Assembly (NCBI GenBank): GCA_038065075.1
Contig: JBBTRQ010000008.1
Span: 11,960-75,959 of the forward strand
Reading direction: 5' to 3'
From: Patescibacteria group bacterium
GTDB taxonomy: Bacteria > Patescibacteriota > Patescibacteriia > UBA9934 > GWF2-40-263
Length of the DNA stretch: 64,000 nt
A program made the position numbers and the translations under genes. Positions 18,376 to 27,032 of the stretch are shown here, in pieces (position 1 is the first letter of the stretch; each line of letters begins with the position of its first letter). Below the pieces are notes generated by a model. It saw nothing but the letters and a program-made list of their open reading frames with translations, was not told the DNA's origin and did not search any database.

Positions 18376-18984
18376 ATGCGCATCCTGGTCATCGACGACA
18401 AGCAGAACCACCGTGATTCGGCCACGGAAACCCTGAAGGGGCATGAGGTCTCCGTCGCCTCCTCGTACGACGAGGCGACCAGGCTCATGGAGCCGGCGTA
18501 CGACGAGGCGATCGAGGAGAAGCACCTGCGCGATGCGGGGGTCACGAAGCAGAACCCCGCCTTCGTGAACACGGATGAGGGCAAGGAAAGGTGGAAGGCC
18601 TACTGGGCTGCCCGCAAGAGCGCGCACAGCGCAGCGGAAATCCCCTTCCCGTTCGAGGTGGTTCTCACCGACATGATGATGCCGATGGGGGACTGGAACA
18701 CCCTGCGGGATGCATGCGATCCGTCGCAGCAAATCCCTTACGGGTTCGTCCTCGCCCTCCGGGCGGCGCAGCGCGGTGCCAAGTGGGTAGCAATGGTGAC
18801 GGACACCAATCACCACAAGGGTGCCATGAGCGCGGCGATCGACTGCATCGGTGACTCCTACTACTCCGGCAAGGAGGCCGACTTCCAGATCAACGGCGCG
18901 AAGGTCCGCTTCGTTCACGCCCCGTTCTGCGAGGATGGGATCAGCAAGGACTGGGGAAGAGTTCTCGCTGATCTCGTGAAGTGA
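18376..18984 (+). CDS. stand-alone response-regulator receiver-like protein with insertion (SD-led class)
   Basis: MRILVIDD...VVLTDMMMP...G...VAMVT; GGAG SD; high GC3. Confidence 0.75.
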   Translation: MRILVIDDKQNHRDSATETLKGHEVSVASSYDEATRLMEPAYDEAIEEKHLRDAGVTKQNPAFVNTDEGKERWKAYWAARKSAHSAAEIPFPFEVVLTDMMMPMGDWNTLRDACDPSQQIPYGFVLALRAAQRGAKWVAMVTDTNHHKGAMSAAIDCIGDSYYSGKEADFQINGAKVRFVHAPFCEDGISKDWGRVLADLVK

Positions 18985-19166
18985 GGTAGAAGGCCCTAGA
19001 CCAGGGGAAACAATACTGGTCACGCTGAACGATGGCCGTTCAACACGACCCGTCCATAACTCCCCCGCCCGAGGGTAATCAAATATCGGGCACCCCTTTG
19101 AGGAGAGAGATTAAAACTGTCTATTCAAAGGAGCAAAAAACAGACCCTTTCAGGTCCGTTTTTTGT

Positions 19167-19436
19167 TTACGCCTTTTTGAGGGCGTTTACCTTTTTCATG
19201 AGTCGCGACTTGTAGCGTGAAACGGTATTGAGCTTCAGCAGGTTCTTCTGTACCGCTTTGTCGAGCTTCTTGCCGACGAGTCGAGCCACTTCGGCGGCTT
19301 CGTCTACCTTTTTAGCGGTGACAGCCTTGCGAAGTTTCACGCGTAGAGAATGAATCTCAGCGAGCGCTACCTTGTTTCGTTCGGCGTGAGTCTTATTTTG
19401 TCGAAGCGCTTTTTTAGCATTTCGTAGATTTGGCAT
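19167..19436 (-). CDS. rpsT: 30S ribosomal protein S20
   Basis: MPNLRNAKKALRQ...LDKA...SRYKSRL. Confidence 0.95.
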   Translation of the reverse strand: MPNLRNAKKALRQNKTHAERNKVALAEIHSLRVKLRKAVTAKKVDEAAEVARLVGKKLDKAVQKNLLKLNTVSRYKSRLMKKVNALKKA

Positions 19437-19474
19437 ATTGGTCGCAAGTATAACGGAATTGTTCGGGGTGTCAA

Positions 19475-20599
19475 CTATTCCTCACCTTTTGGGAATTCAA
19501 GCTCAAGTGGCTCAAGGATCTTTCCGGCAGAACCTTCCGTTATTCTATAAATGTCCTTGTCGATCTTTTTGAGTTCCTGCGAGGAGCTTGTGTATGTGCG
19601 TACAGTGGTCTCAAGCTGTTTTCCCAGCCTGTTGTGATGATCCTCGTAAGCCTTCATGTGGCGTATGAGATTCTCGGCCTGTTTTTGGATGTCCTTCACG
19701 GAGTCCTCGATCTGCAGTGCTTTGAGTCCCAAGAGGACGGTCTGAAGATAGGCAAAGAAGGACGTGGGCGAGACGATCATGACACCCTTTTCAAAAGCGT
19801 ACTCGATGAGATTTCGTGTGTTTACCTTCACGGCACCGACATTTTGTGTGATGAGATTATGGTAGACCCCCTCGGCTGGAACGAACATGAATGCGAAATT
19901 CGTTGTTCCCATTTGAGGTTTGACGTACTTGGACGTCTCATCAATTCTGAGCTTGACGTCTGCCTTGAACTCCTTCTCAAGAAGTTCACGTCTTTCCGCG
20001 TCTGTCTCTTGTGAGATTCGGTTGTAGTTCTCAAGAGAAAATTTTGCGTCGATGGGTATGAGCAAATCTTTTACAAAGAGAACCGCGTCAGGGATGAGAG
20101 CCTGACCCGTTGTCTCGTCGACGCCTAGCGGGTACTGCATCTGGTAGCCGTTTGGGGAAAGAACCTGCCCAAGGAGTGACTCGAGCCAGTACTCGCCAAG
20201 GATCCCTCGTTGTTTTGGATTCTTGAGGATGTTTTCGAGGCTTTGGAGCTGTTCAGAGAAGTTGAGAACCTGTTTGTTTGTCTCATCAAGTTTTGTGAGA
20301 CGCTCGGTAACATCACGAAAGACGCCAAATGAGTGCTGGAAGTGTTTTTGGAGTGCCGAGGATGAATCCTGCAAGTTCTTAATCATGCGATCATGCATGA
20401 GATCCAGTTTTCCCTCCACTTCTTTTCGTTGAGAGCTGGTTGAGTCCTGAATTTCTCGGCGGAGGTCATTGATGAGAGACAGGAGTTGAGTGTTTGCTTG
20501 ATCAGAAGTTGGGAGCCGTCTACGCAAAGCGAAAAAAATACCAAGTCCCGCCAGGAGTACTACTAATAGGATGAGAACAAGGAAAATTTCATTGCTCAT
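19475..20599 (-). CDS. rmuC: DNA recombination protein RmuC
   Basis: KQRGILGE, PDA, IDAKF, FMFVPAE and VSPT motifs; N-terminal TM and coiled coil. Confidence 0.93.
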   Translation of the reverse strand: MSNEIFLVLILLVVLLAGLGIFFALRRRLPTSDQANTQLLSLINDLRREIQDSTSSQRKEVEGKLDLMHDRMIKNLQDSSSALQKHFQHSFGVFRDVTERLTKLDETNKQVLNFSEQLQSLENILKNPKQRGILGEYWLESLLGQVLSPNGYQMQYPLGVDETTGQALIPDAVLFVKDLLIPIDAKFSLENYNRISQETDAERRELLEKEFKADVKLRIDETSKYVKPQMGTTNFAFMFVPAEGVYHNLITQNVGAVKVNTRNLIEYAFEKGVMIVSPTSFFAYLQTVLLGLKALQIEDSVKDIQKQAENLIRHMKAYEDHHNRLGKQLETTVRTYTSSSQELKKIDKDIYRITEGSAGKILEPLELEFPKGEE

Positions 20600-20691
20600 A
20601 TTCTTTGACGGCGAGTTTCCGTTCAAGTACGATTATGTCGCTCTGACTACAGTATAGCATGAATTTCCACCTCCGTTTTACGACACATAAT

Positions 20692-20767
20692 GTCCCCGTA
20701 GCTCAACTGGATAGAGCTACAGCGTCCTAAGCTGGAGATGGGGGTTCAAGTCCCTCCGGGGACACCA
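20692..20767 (+). tRNA. tRNA-Arg(CCT)
   Basis: Cloverleaf, loop GT-CCT-AA, CCA end. Confidence 0.9.
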
Positions 20768-20770
20768 AAA

Positions 20771-20786
20771 CGTTTCACGTGAAACA
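20771..20786. promoter_or_regulatory. parS site (1 mismatch)
   Basis: CGTTTCACGTGAAACA versus consensus TGTTTCACGTGAAACA. Confidence 0.8.
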
Positions 20787-20788
20787 AT

Positions 20789-21457
20789 GTGAGTTCAGGA
20801 TCCATTGAAAATCCAGGTTTCCTCATTGACCTTGACGGACTCCTCATAAACTCTGAGGCGCTTTCAATGATTGCGTTTGAGAAGCTATGCGGAAGTCTTG
20901 GTTGCCAGTTTACACAGGGCTACCACGCATCTATTCGAGGCAAAAGAAAGTCGCAGTGGGCGCAGGAGTTTGTTAATGAGTTTTCGCTCAAGGAATCTGC
21001 ACAGCAAGTGGCTGATCTTCACACAGAGCTTCTTCTTGGTGAGATGGATAGATCCGTCAGCCTTATGCCCGGCGCAAGTATGATGCTTTCATGGATCGGA
21101 CAAAACAGGTACTCCTCAGCGCTTGTGACAAGCTCAGATAGGGATTACGCGACGACCTACCTGAACAGGCTTGGCATTGCAAAATTCTTTCAGCAAATCG
21201 TGTCGGCCGAGGATGTAGCAAACGGTAAGCCAGACCCAGAGCCTTATATTGTTGGTGCACAAAGAATAGAAAAGAATCCAAAAAGTTGTATTGTCCTAGA
21301 GGATTCTGTTAATGGGGTTCTGGCAGGAAAAGCTTCAGGAGCTGTCGTAATCGCGGTCCCTTCTACGGATTCCGACAGGGAACAGATGGGTAATTCCGAT
21401 TACGTTGTTTCATCACTCATTGAGGCCCTCGAAATAGTTAAGGGAATGGGCCTGTAG
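20789..21457 (+). CDS. HAD-family phosphatase
   Basis: DLDG, VTSS, KPDPEPY and EDS motifs; stop codon lies inside tRNA-Ala. Confidence 0.9.
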   Translation: MSSGSIENPGFLIDLDGLLINSEALSMIAFEKLCGSLGCQFTQGYHASIRGKRKSQWAQEFVNEFSLKESAQQVADLHTELLLGEMDRSVSLMPGASMMLSWIGQNRYSSALVTSSDRDYATTYLNRLGIAKFFQQIVSAEDVANGKPDPEPYIVGAQRIEKNPKSCIVLEDSVNGVLAGKASGAVVIAVPSTDSDREQMGNSDYVVSSLIEALEIVKGMGL

Positions 21458-21523
21458 CTCAGTTGGTAGAGCGCCGCATTCGCATTGCGGAGGTCAGGGG
21501 TTCGAATCCCCTCAGGTCCACCA
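21448..21523 (+). tRNA. tRNA-Ala(CGC)
   Basis: Cloverleaf, loop TT-CGC-AT, G3-U70 pair, CCA end. Confidence 0.93.
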
Positions 21524-21551
21524 CAAAATATCCGACGCTGGTCGGATATTT

Positions 21552-21567
21552 TGTTTCACGTGAAACA
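21552..21567. promoter_or_regulatory. parS site (perfect)
   Basis: TGTTTCACGTGAAACA. Confidence 0.9.
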
Positions 21568-21644
21568 TCCGAAAAGTCTGTTTTTTGTCAGACAAAGATA
21601 TTTTGTAGCGTTTGGCAACACTGGGGTAGACAAAAAATGAATTT

Positions 21645-21653
21645 TGTGGATAA
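21645..21653 (-). promoter_or_regulatory. DnaA box
   Basis: TGTGGATAA is the reverse complement of TTATCCACA, in an AT-rich intergenic region. Confidence 0.5.
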
Positions 21654-21803
21654 CTCATCATAAAACCTAAGAAATGAGGAATTTTGCAGTTTTTTTTGCT
21701 ATTTTCTTCGCTGGTGGATATATTTTTTCTCTAATTTTAGCTAAATAATGGCTTGACTACATTTAGTATTCATGATAGACTATCCATGTAAGGGTTAAGA
21801 CCT

Positions 21804-22709
21804 ATGCGAAGCCGTATCGTCACCTTTGCGCTTGTGGGGTTTTTTATATCCGCTCCTTTTGCTCAGGCAGCAATGAGCTCCACAAACTTTGAAATCCGGT
21901 GGGACACGATCAGCACCGGAGGTTCGGATACCGCATCGTCAGGAAGCTACTTACTTCGGGATGCCGTTGAGCCGGCAGTTGCTGGCTCGTCATCAAGCTC
22001 TTCCTACCAACTAGCCCAGGGTTACAGGTCGGGGGTGGATGACCAGATCATTACATTCGAGGTCCTTACGCAGACGACAGTCTCAGCACGGGCCGCAACG
22101 GCATTGTCCGGACTCACGGTCACCGCTAGCACGAGTGGGATCAGCGTGGATTCTCTCATTGCGCTCGTTCAGAACGTTGGTGCCTCGCAGGTCACGGCTA
22201 TCGGTAAAGTTGCCTCCCTAGGAGCCGGAACAATCACGGTTGACGCCTGGAAGGATGGAGGGACAGCTCCTACGATCGATGGGACGAATGACCATGTCTA
22301 CCCGCTCACGAGTACTTCCGTTGGTTTTGGAGAGCTTTCCGCGTCGTCGGTGTCCACGGCCATTATCGCGTTTGAGGTAAATGCCGCAAACGACAATGGG
22401 TACACCGTACAGGTCTTCGATGATGGGAACCTTCGCACAACGGGATATGACATCGATGATGTCACAGATGGAAGTGTAACCGCGGGCTCAGAGGAGTACG
22501 GAGCGCGTTCATCTGACACAACGCTCACTAGCTCGACGTTTGATACGGCTGATACAGCACTTTCAACCACCTTTCAGGACGTGGCGACAGAAAGCCTCAC
22601 AAGTTTCGAGAGTCGAAACTTTCTCACACTCAAGGCGGCAATGAGTTCCTTAAGTGGGAGCGTGGCTTACTCACAGATACTCTCTTTGATCGTTTCGGCA
22701 AACTACTAA
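21804..22709 (+). CDS. secreted Ser/Thr-rich surface protein
   Basis: Signal peptide ending AQA-A; beta-rich; first gene of a four-gene operon. Confidence 0.8.
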   Translation: MRSRIVTFALVGFFISAPFAQAAMSSTNFEIRWDTISTGGSDTASSGSYLLRDAVEPAVAGSSSSSSYQLAQGYRSGVDDQIITFEVLTQTTVSARAATALSGLTVTASTSGISVDSLIALVQNVGASQVTAIGKVASLGAGTITVDAWKDGGTAPTIDGTNDHVYPLTSTSVGFGELSASSVSTAIIAFEVNAANDNGYTVQVFDDGNLRTTGYDIDDVTDGSVTAGSEEYGARSSDTTLTSSTFDTADTALSTTFQDVATESLTSFESRNFLTLKAAMSSLSGSVAYSQILSLIVSANY

Positions 22710-22710
22710 T

Positions 22711-23637
22711 ATGGCTAGGCGATGGTCTCTCACAATCTGTGTGCTCGCTCTGGCGCTGAGTCCTTCGATTGGGCAGATGGCTTCTCTTTCACCCAGCATC
22801 GTTGAGATCGCTTCCTCGCGCGCAGAAGTGGCTGAATCAGCTTTTACCATTTTCAACACGGGCGCGGGCGAGCAGGTGTACTTTCTTGACCTTTTGGCTT
22901 TCGGGCCTAGTGGTGAGGACGGAACGCCTTTGTTCACTCCAGAGGAAACTTCTCAAAGTGAGTTCCTCTCCTGGATCGTTTTTCCAGCGCGTGAGGTGCT
23001 CGTCCCAGCTGTTTCAAAAGTGGAGGTTCCGTTCCGCGTTGTCGTCCCAGACGATGTCGCCGCGGGAAGCTACTACGGGGCGATCACCGTCTCAACCTCG
23101 CCAACAGATGTTGTTGTCTCAAACGGGGCGACCATCGAGGCTAAGACCGCCATCTTGGTTTTCTTGACCATCGAGGGTGAGACGGTAGAGAAGCTCGAGA
23201 TTTTGGATTTTTTTCTCGAGCGAGACGATGCTTCGCACACCTTTGGCCTGTTCAGTTATCGACTGCAGAACCAGGGGAATGTCCATCTGACTCCGTCAGG
23301 AGATGTCCGTATTCGTGGCATGTTCGGTCAAACAGTTCGAGTCTTGAATGCAAACCAGGCAGAGGGTCGGGTTCTTCCGGACTCGACGCGTACTTTCACC
23401 GTCTCCTATCAGTCGGTGGGGGGTAACTGGATCGCGCGTGCCGGCGATCAACTTAGACACCTCGCCTTTGGCCCCATGACAGCTGAGCTTTCGCTGACAT
23501 ATGGAACCGACGGTCTCATTCAAACATCCTGGCCTTTGTGGGCGATCCCCTATGAGCTTATGAATCTGCTGCTACTCATCGCCGTCGTTATTGGAGGAGC
23601 CTTCGTTCTTGCTTTCTTGAGAAAAAGGAAAGGCTAA
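22711..23637 (+). CDS. secreted Ig-like/chaperone-like protein (DUF916-like) with C-terminal TM
   Basis: SLSPS.VE, VP.DVAAGSYYG and N.GNVH motifs; C-terminal TM followed by basic tail. Confidence 0.7.
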   Translation: MARRWSLTICVLALALSPSIGQMASLSPSIVEIASSRAEVAESAFTIFNTGAGEQVYFLDLLAFGPSGEDGTPLFTPEETSQSEFLSWIVFPAREVLVPAVSKVEVPFRVVVPDDVAAGSYYGAITVSTSPTDVVVSNGATIEAKTAILVFLTIEGETVEKLEILDFFLERDDASHTFGLFSYRLQNQGNVHLTPSGDVRIRGMFGQTVRVLNANQAEGRVLPDSTRTFTVSYQSVGGNWIARAGDQLRHLAFGPMTAELSLTYGTDGLIQTSWPLWAIPYELMNLLLLIAVVIGGAFVLAFLRKRKG

Positions 23638-23667
23638 ACAAATCCATGTGTGTGTACATACAGGAGG

Positions 23668-26600
23668 ATGATTCAAACACTGACACTAGCCGCCGTTGTT
23701 GCAACCGCGGCTGTTGTCGGTGCTTGGAATGTTTCCGCCGCGACGGTTACCAGCGCGAATGACTATCCTTCGACGTTGCAGACCTCGCAGGCCGCCAATC
23801 ATCGGGTGCTCTTTACAACACCAACAGGTATCTCTCTTGGCTCGACGATCACGCTCACATTTGCCTCGTCTTTCGACACGTCGACGATTACCGAGGATGA
23901 TGTCGATATTGCCGATGATGGCGTGGATCTGACTACGGCATCGACCTGTGCCGGCTCAGAACAAGCCTCCGTGGCGATTACCTCTGACGTCGTGACGATC
24001 ACGGTTTGTGCAGGGGATGGCGGAGCCATTGCCGCGACGAGCTCGGTGGCCGTCGAAATCGGAACCAACGCAACGAGTTCGGGAACAGGAGCAAACCAGA
24101 TCACGAACCCCTCATCGACAGGAAACTACTATGTGTCGATCGCCGGATCGTTTGGGGATTCAGGTTCGATCATTCTCCCGATCGGCGGCGACGATTCCAT
24201 CAGTGTTACCGCGACGGTGCCTTCATCGGGCGGGGGAGGAGAATCAGGAGGCGGTGGAGGCGGCGGTGCTCCAGCGGACACAACTGCTCCGATAATTTCT
24301 AGCATTGTCGTTTCAGCCGTGACAACCTCTTCCGCGACTGTGAGCTGGACGACGAGCGAGGCCGCGACTCGCCTGCTCGATTATGGCCTCACGACCAGCT
24401 TTGAGTTGGGAACCGCGACAGAGTCGGGGTACTACACGAGTCACTCCGTGAGCCTTTCAGGCCTCTTTGAGGGAGCGACGTATTACTTCCGTATTCGAGC
24501 GGCAGACTCAACGGGGAACACAGCCACGTCCTCTACCCAGACGTTCACGACGAGCGACGAGACGGATCCCGTTATCTCTGACATCGAGGTGATCGACATC
24601 ACAACCACCTCCGCGCGCGTGACCTGGGAGACAGACGAGTCAGCCGACAGTACCGTTTCCTACGGACTCTCGACGGCGTATGGCGATACGCAGACCGATT
24701 CGAGTCTTACGACTTCACACTCGATCCTGCTCACCGACCTCACAGCCGGAAAGACATACCATTTCCAAGTCTTGTCCACGGACGCGTCATCCAACCAGGC
24801 GTTCTCCAGCGATCAGACGTTCACGACCGATGAGGATGATCCACCAGGGAATGTGTCGAGCTTGTCGATCGTGGAAGGGGACGCGCAACTGACGCTCTCT
24901 TGGACGAATCCAACCGACAGCGACCTCGCGGGCATTCGCGTGCTGCGATGTCTGGGGGGGTACCCGACGGAACCCACGGACTCTTCATGCACGATCGTGT
25001 CGACGAGTTTGACGACCAGTCTCTCGCAGACGGGGCTTTCCAATGGAACAACGTATTACTTTGGCGTGTTTGCGTACGATTCAGCAGGGCAGTTTGCTTC
25101 TGGAGCTTTGGTGCAGGGTGCGCCACAGGCTCCAGAAGAAGAGGTGCCCTCAGAAGAGGAGCCCGCAGAGGAAGAACCCTCTGACGAAGAGCCGGGTGGG
25201 GAAGAAGAAATCCCCACCGAGACAGAAGAGCCAGGTTTGGGCGAAGTCCCTCCACCGGAATCGGCGGCTGAAGAACCAACCTCCTTGGGTGCGGAGGAAG
25301 GGGATTTGAGCGACGTCGATGTCCTTTATCTGGTTGCAGACGAGACGATTGAACTCACGACCACCAGCTCCGGTGTGGTCGAAGTCACTCCCACAAGTGA
25401 CGTGAGAATCGTCGTGCCTGCAGATGCGGTGCTCGCAGACGTTGAGACAGTTACGCTCACCATTGGCGAAGACACCTACCTCATGCGTCTTGATGACGCC
25501 CTCGATCTTTATTACGCGGATCTTACGATTCCTGACGTGCTTACCCTCCTCCAGGTGTACGTGCTTGTCACCTACGAGGATGGTTCAACAGATTCCGTTT
25601 CTTCCTACCTGCGTGTCGTATCCCCTGGATACGTGTACCAGGTCGTCGATGGGGAAGAAGCGGTCGTGAGTTCCGCAAGGGTTACGCTCTTTGAGGATGT
25701 GGAAGGTGAATGGGTTGTGTGGGATGGGTCCCCATATGATCAGTTCAACCCCACAGAGGTCGGACAAGACGGAACCTTTGTCTGGTATGTCCCAAACGGA
25801 ACATATCAGGTATCCGTCTCTGCTGATGGATTTGAGACCACGACAAGTGGAACACTCACCATCGACAACGCGATCGTGAACCCTCGCGTCCGTCTCACAG
25901 CCAGTGAGGAGGAAGAAGAGGAGATCGCGCCAACACCGACAGAGGAAGTGTCAGAGGAGACTCCGACAGCAGAGTCCTCGACACTGGCCGAAACGTTCTT
26001 TAACGCGCTCCCCATTGCGGGAGTGCGGGAAACCTTGGAAGCTATTCGCGAACTTCCAGGGGTGGAAGAGGCGACGCAGATCTCCACACCTGCTCTTGCA
26101 ATCACGGCAGGAGCAAGCGTGGTCGTTCTCTCGGTTGCCTTCGACTTCCTCCCATTCCTTCAATATTTTTTCACCGCGCCGGTTCTCTTTTTCTGGCGCC
26201 GACGAAGGAAGGGGTATGGGGTCGTCTACAACGCCATTGCCAAGACTGCGATCGACTTGGCCGTGGTTCGTCTCTTCCAAATTGATCCTGCCAATCCGTC
26301 TGCTCGCGGGCGTCTCGTCAAAAGCCGTGTTACAGACAGAGGGGGTCGGTATTTTTTCCTGGTTCAACCTGGGATGTATCGCCTCACCGTGACAAAACCG
26401 GCGTTTCAGTTCCCGACGCAGTACATGAAAGAGGAAAAGACGGACGGATCCTATCTGGACGTCTATCACGGTGAGTCCATTGAAGTCACATCAGATAACG
26501 CGGTCATCACCGCAAACATTCCTCTTGATCCTTCTCAAGCGACGAAGTACCACGAACCGGCTTGGATCCTGCGTCGAAAGTTCCTCCGCGGACTTCAACA

Positions 26601-27030
26601 CACCGTGGCGATTATCGGAGTGGTGATGGCGATCGCCTTTGCGGTCATTCGACCAACCGCCTTTACGGTGGTCATGGTTGCCGTGCAGATCCTGGTCTAT
26701 CTGCTTGCGCGTCGATTGGCCAAACCGCACAAGCCCATCAGTTGGGGCATTGTCTACAGCAAGGACACAGGTCGACCGCTGTCTCGTGTGGTCGCTCGTA
26801 TCTTCGAGCCAAAGTACAACAAGCTCTTGGAGACTCAAGTGACAGACAGCAAAGGTCACTACGCGTTCATGCTGGGTCCAAATCAGTATTACGCGACGTT
26901 CGACAAGATAGGATTCAAACAAAAACAAATTGATCCCATCGATTATTCAGCCGAGCAGGAGCCCAAGGGGTTCTCCGAAGAGGTTCCTCTGGAGTCAGAG
27001 AATCAATCGTTGGCTGGAGAGAAGACATAA
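23668..27030 (+). CDS. large surface protein with fibronectin type III and carboxypeptidase-regulatory-like domains
   Basis: Three FN3 repeats (VSWTT...TYYFRI), acidic linkers, TM segments, TDxxGxY motifs. Confidence 0.85.
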   Translation: MIQTLTLAAVVATAAVVGAWNVSAATVTSANDYPSTLQTSQAANHRVLFTTPTGISLGSTITLTFASSFDTSTITEDDVDIADDGVDLTTASTCAGSEQASVAITSDVVTITVCAGDGGAIAATSSVAVEIGTNATSSGTGANQITNPSSTGNYYVSIAGSFGDSGSIILPIGGDDSISVTATVPSSGGGGESGGGGGGGAPADTTAPIISSIVVSAVTTSSATVSWTTSEAATRLLDYGLTTSFELGTATESGYYTSHSVSLSGLFEGATYYFRIRAADSTGNTATSSTQTFTTSDETDPVISDIEVIDITTTSARVTWETDESADSTVSYGLSTAYGDTQTDSSLTTSHSILLTDLTAGKTYHFQVLSTDASSNQAFSSDQTFTTDEDDPPGNVSSLSIVEGDAQLTLSWTNPTDSDLAGIRVLRCLGGYPTEPTDSSCTIVSTSLTTSLSQTGLSNGTTYYFGVFAYDSAGQFASGALVQGAPQAPEEEVPSEEEPAEEEPSDEEPGGEEEIPTETEEPGLGEVPPPESAAEEPTSLGAEEGDLSDVDVLYLVADETIELTTTSSGVVEVTPTSDVRIVVPADAVLADVETVTLTIGEDTYLMRLDDALDLYYADLTIPDVLTLLQVYVLVTYEDGSTDSVSSYLRVVSPGYVYQVVDGEEAVVSSARVTLFEDVEGEWVVWDGSPYDQFNPTEVGQDGTFVWYVPNGTYQVSVSADGFETTTSGTLTIDNAIVNPRVRLTASEEEEEEIAPTPTEEVSEETPTAESSTLAETFFNALPIAGVRETLEAIRELPGVEEATQISTPALAITAGASVVVLSVAFDFLPFLQYFFTAPVLFFWRRRRKGYGVVYNAIAKTAIDLAVVRLFQIDPANPSARGRLVKSRVTDRGGRYFFLVQPGMYRLTVTKPAFQFPTQYMKEEKTDGSYLDVYHGESIEVTSDNAVITANIPLDPSQATKYHEPAWILRRKFLRGLQHTVAIIGVVMAIAFAVIRPTAFTVVMVAVQILVYLLARRLAKPHKPISWGIVYSKDTGRPLSRVVARIFEPKYNKLLETQVTDSKGHYAFMLGPNQYYATFDKIGFKQKQIDPIDYSAEQEPKGFSEEVPLESENQSLAGEKT

Positions 27031-27032
27031 TT

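Noticed and set aside
21463-21663. 66-aa [20 protein letters not shown]...
   Set aside because: Translation of the tRNA-Ala sequence.
21570-21800. oriC call
   Set aside because: Only one perfect DnaA box and no dnaA/dnaN nearby; kept only as an origin-proximity hint.
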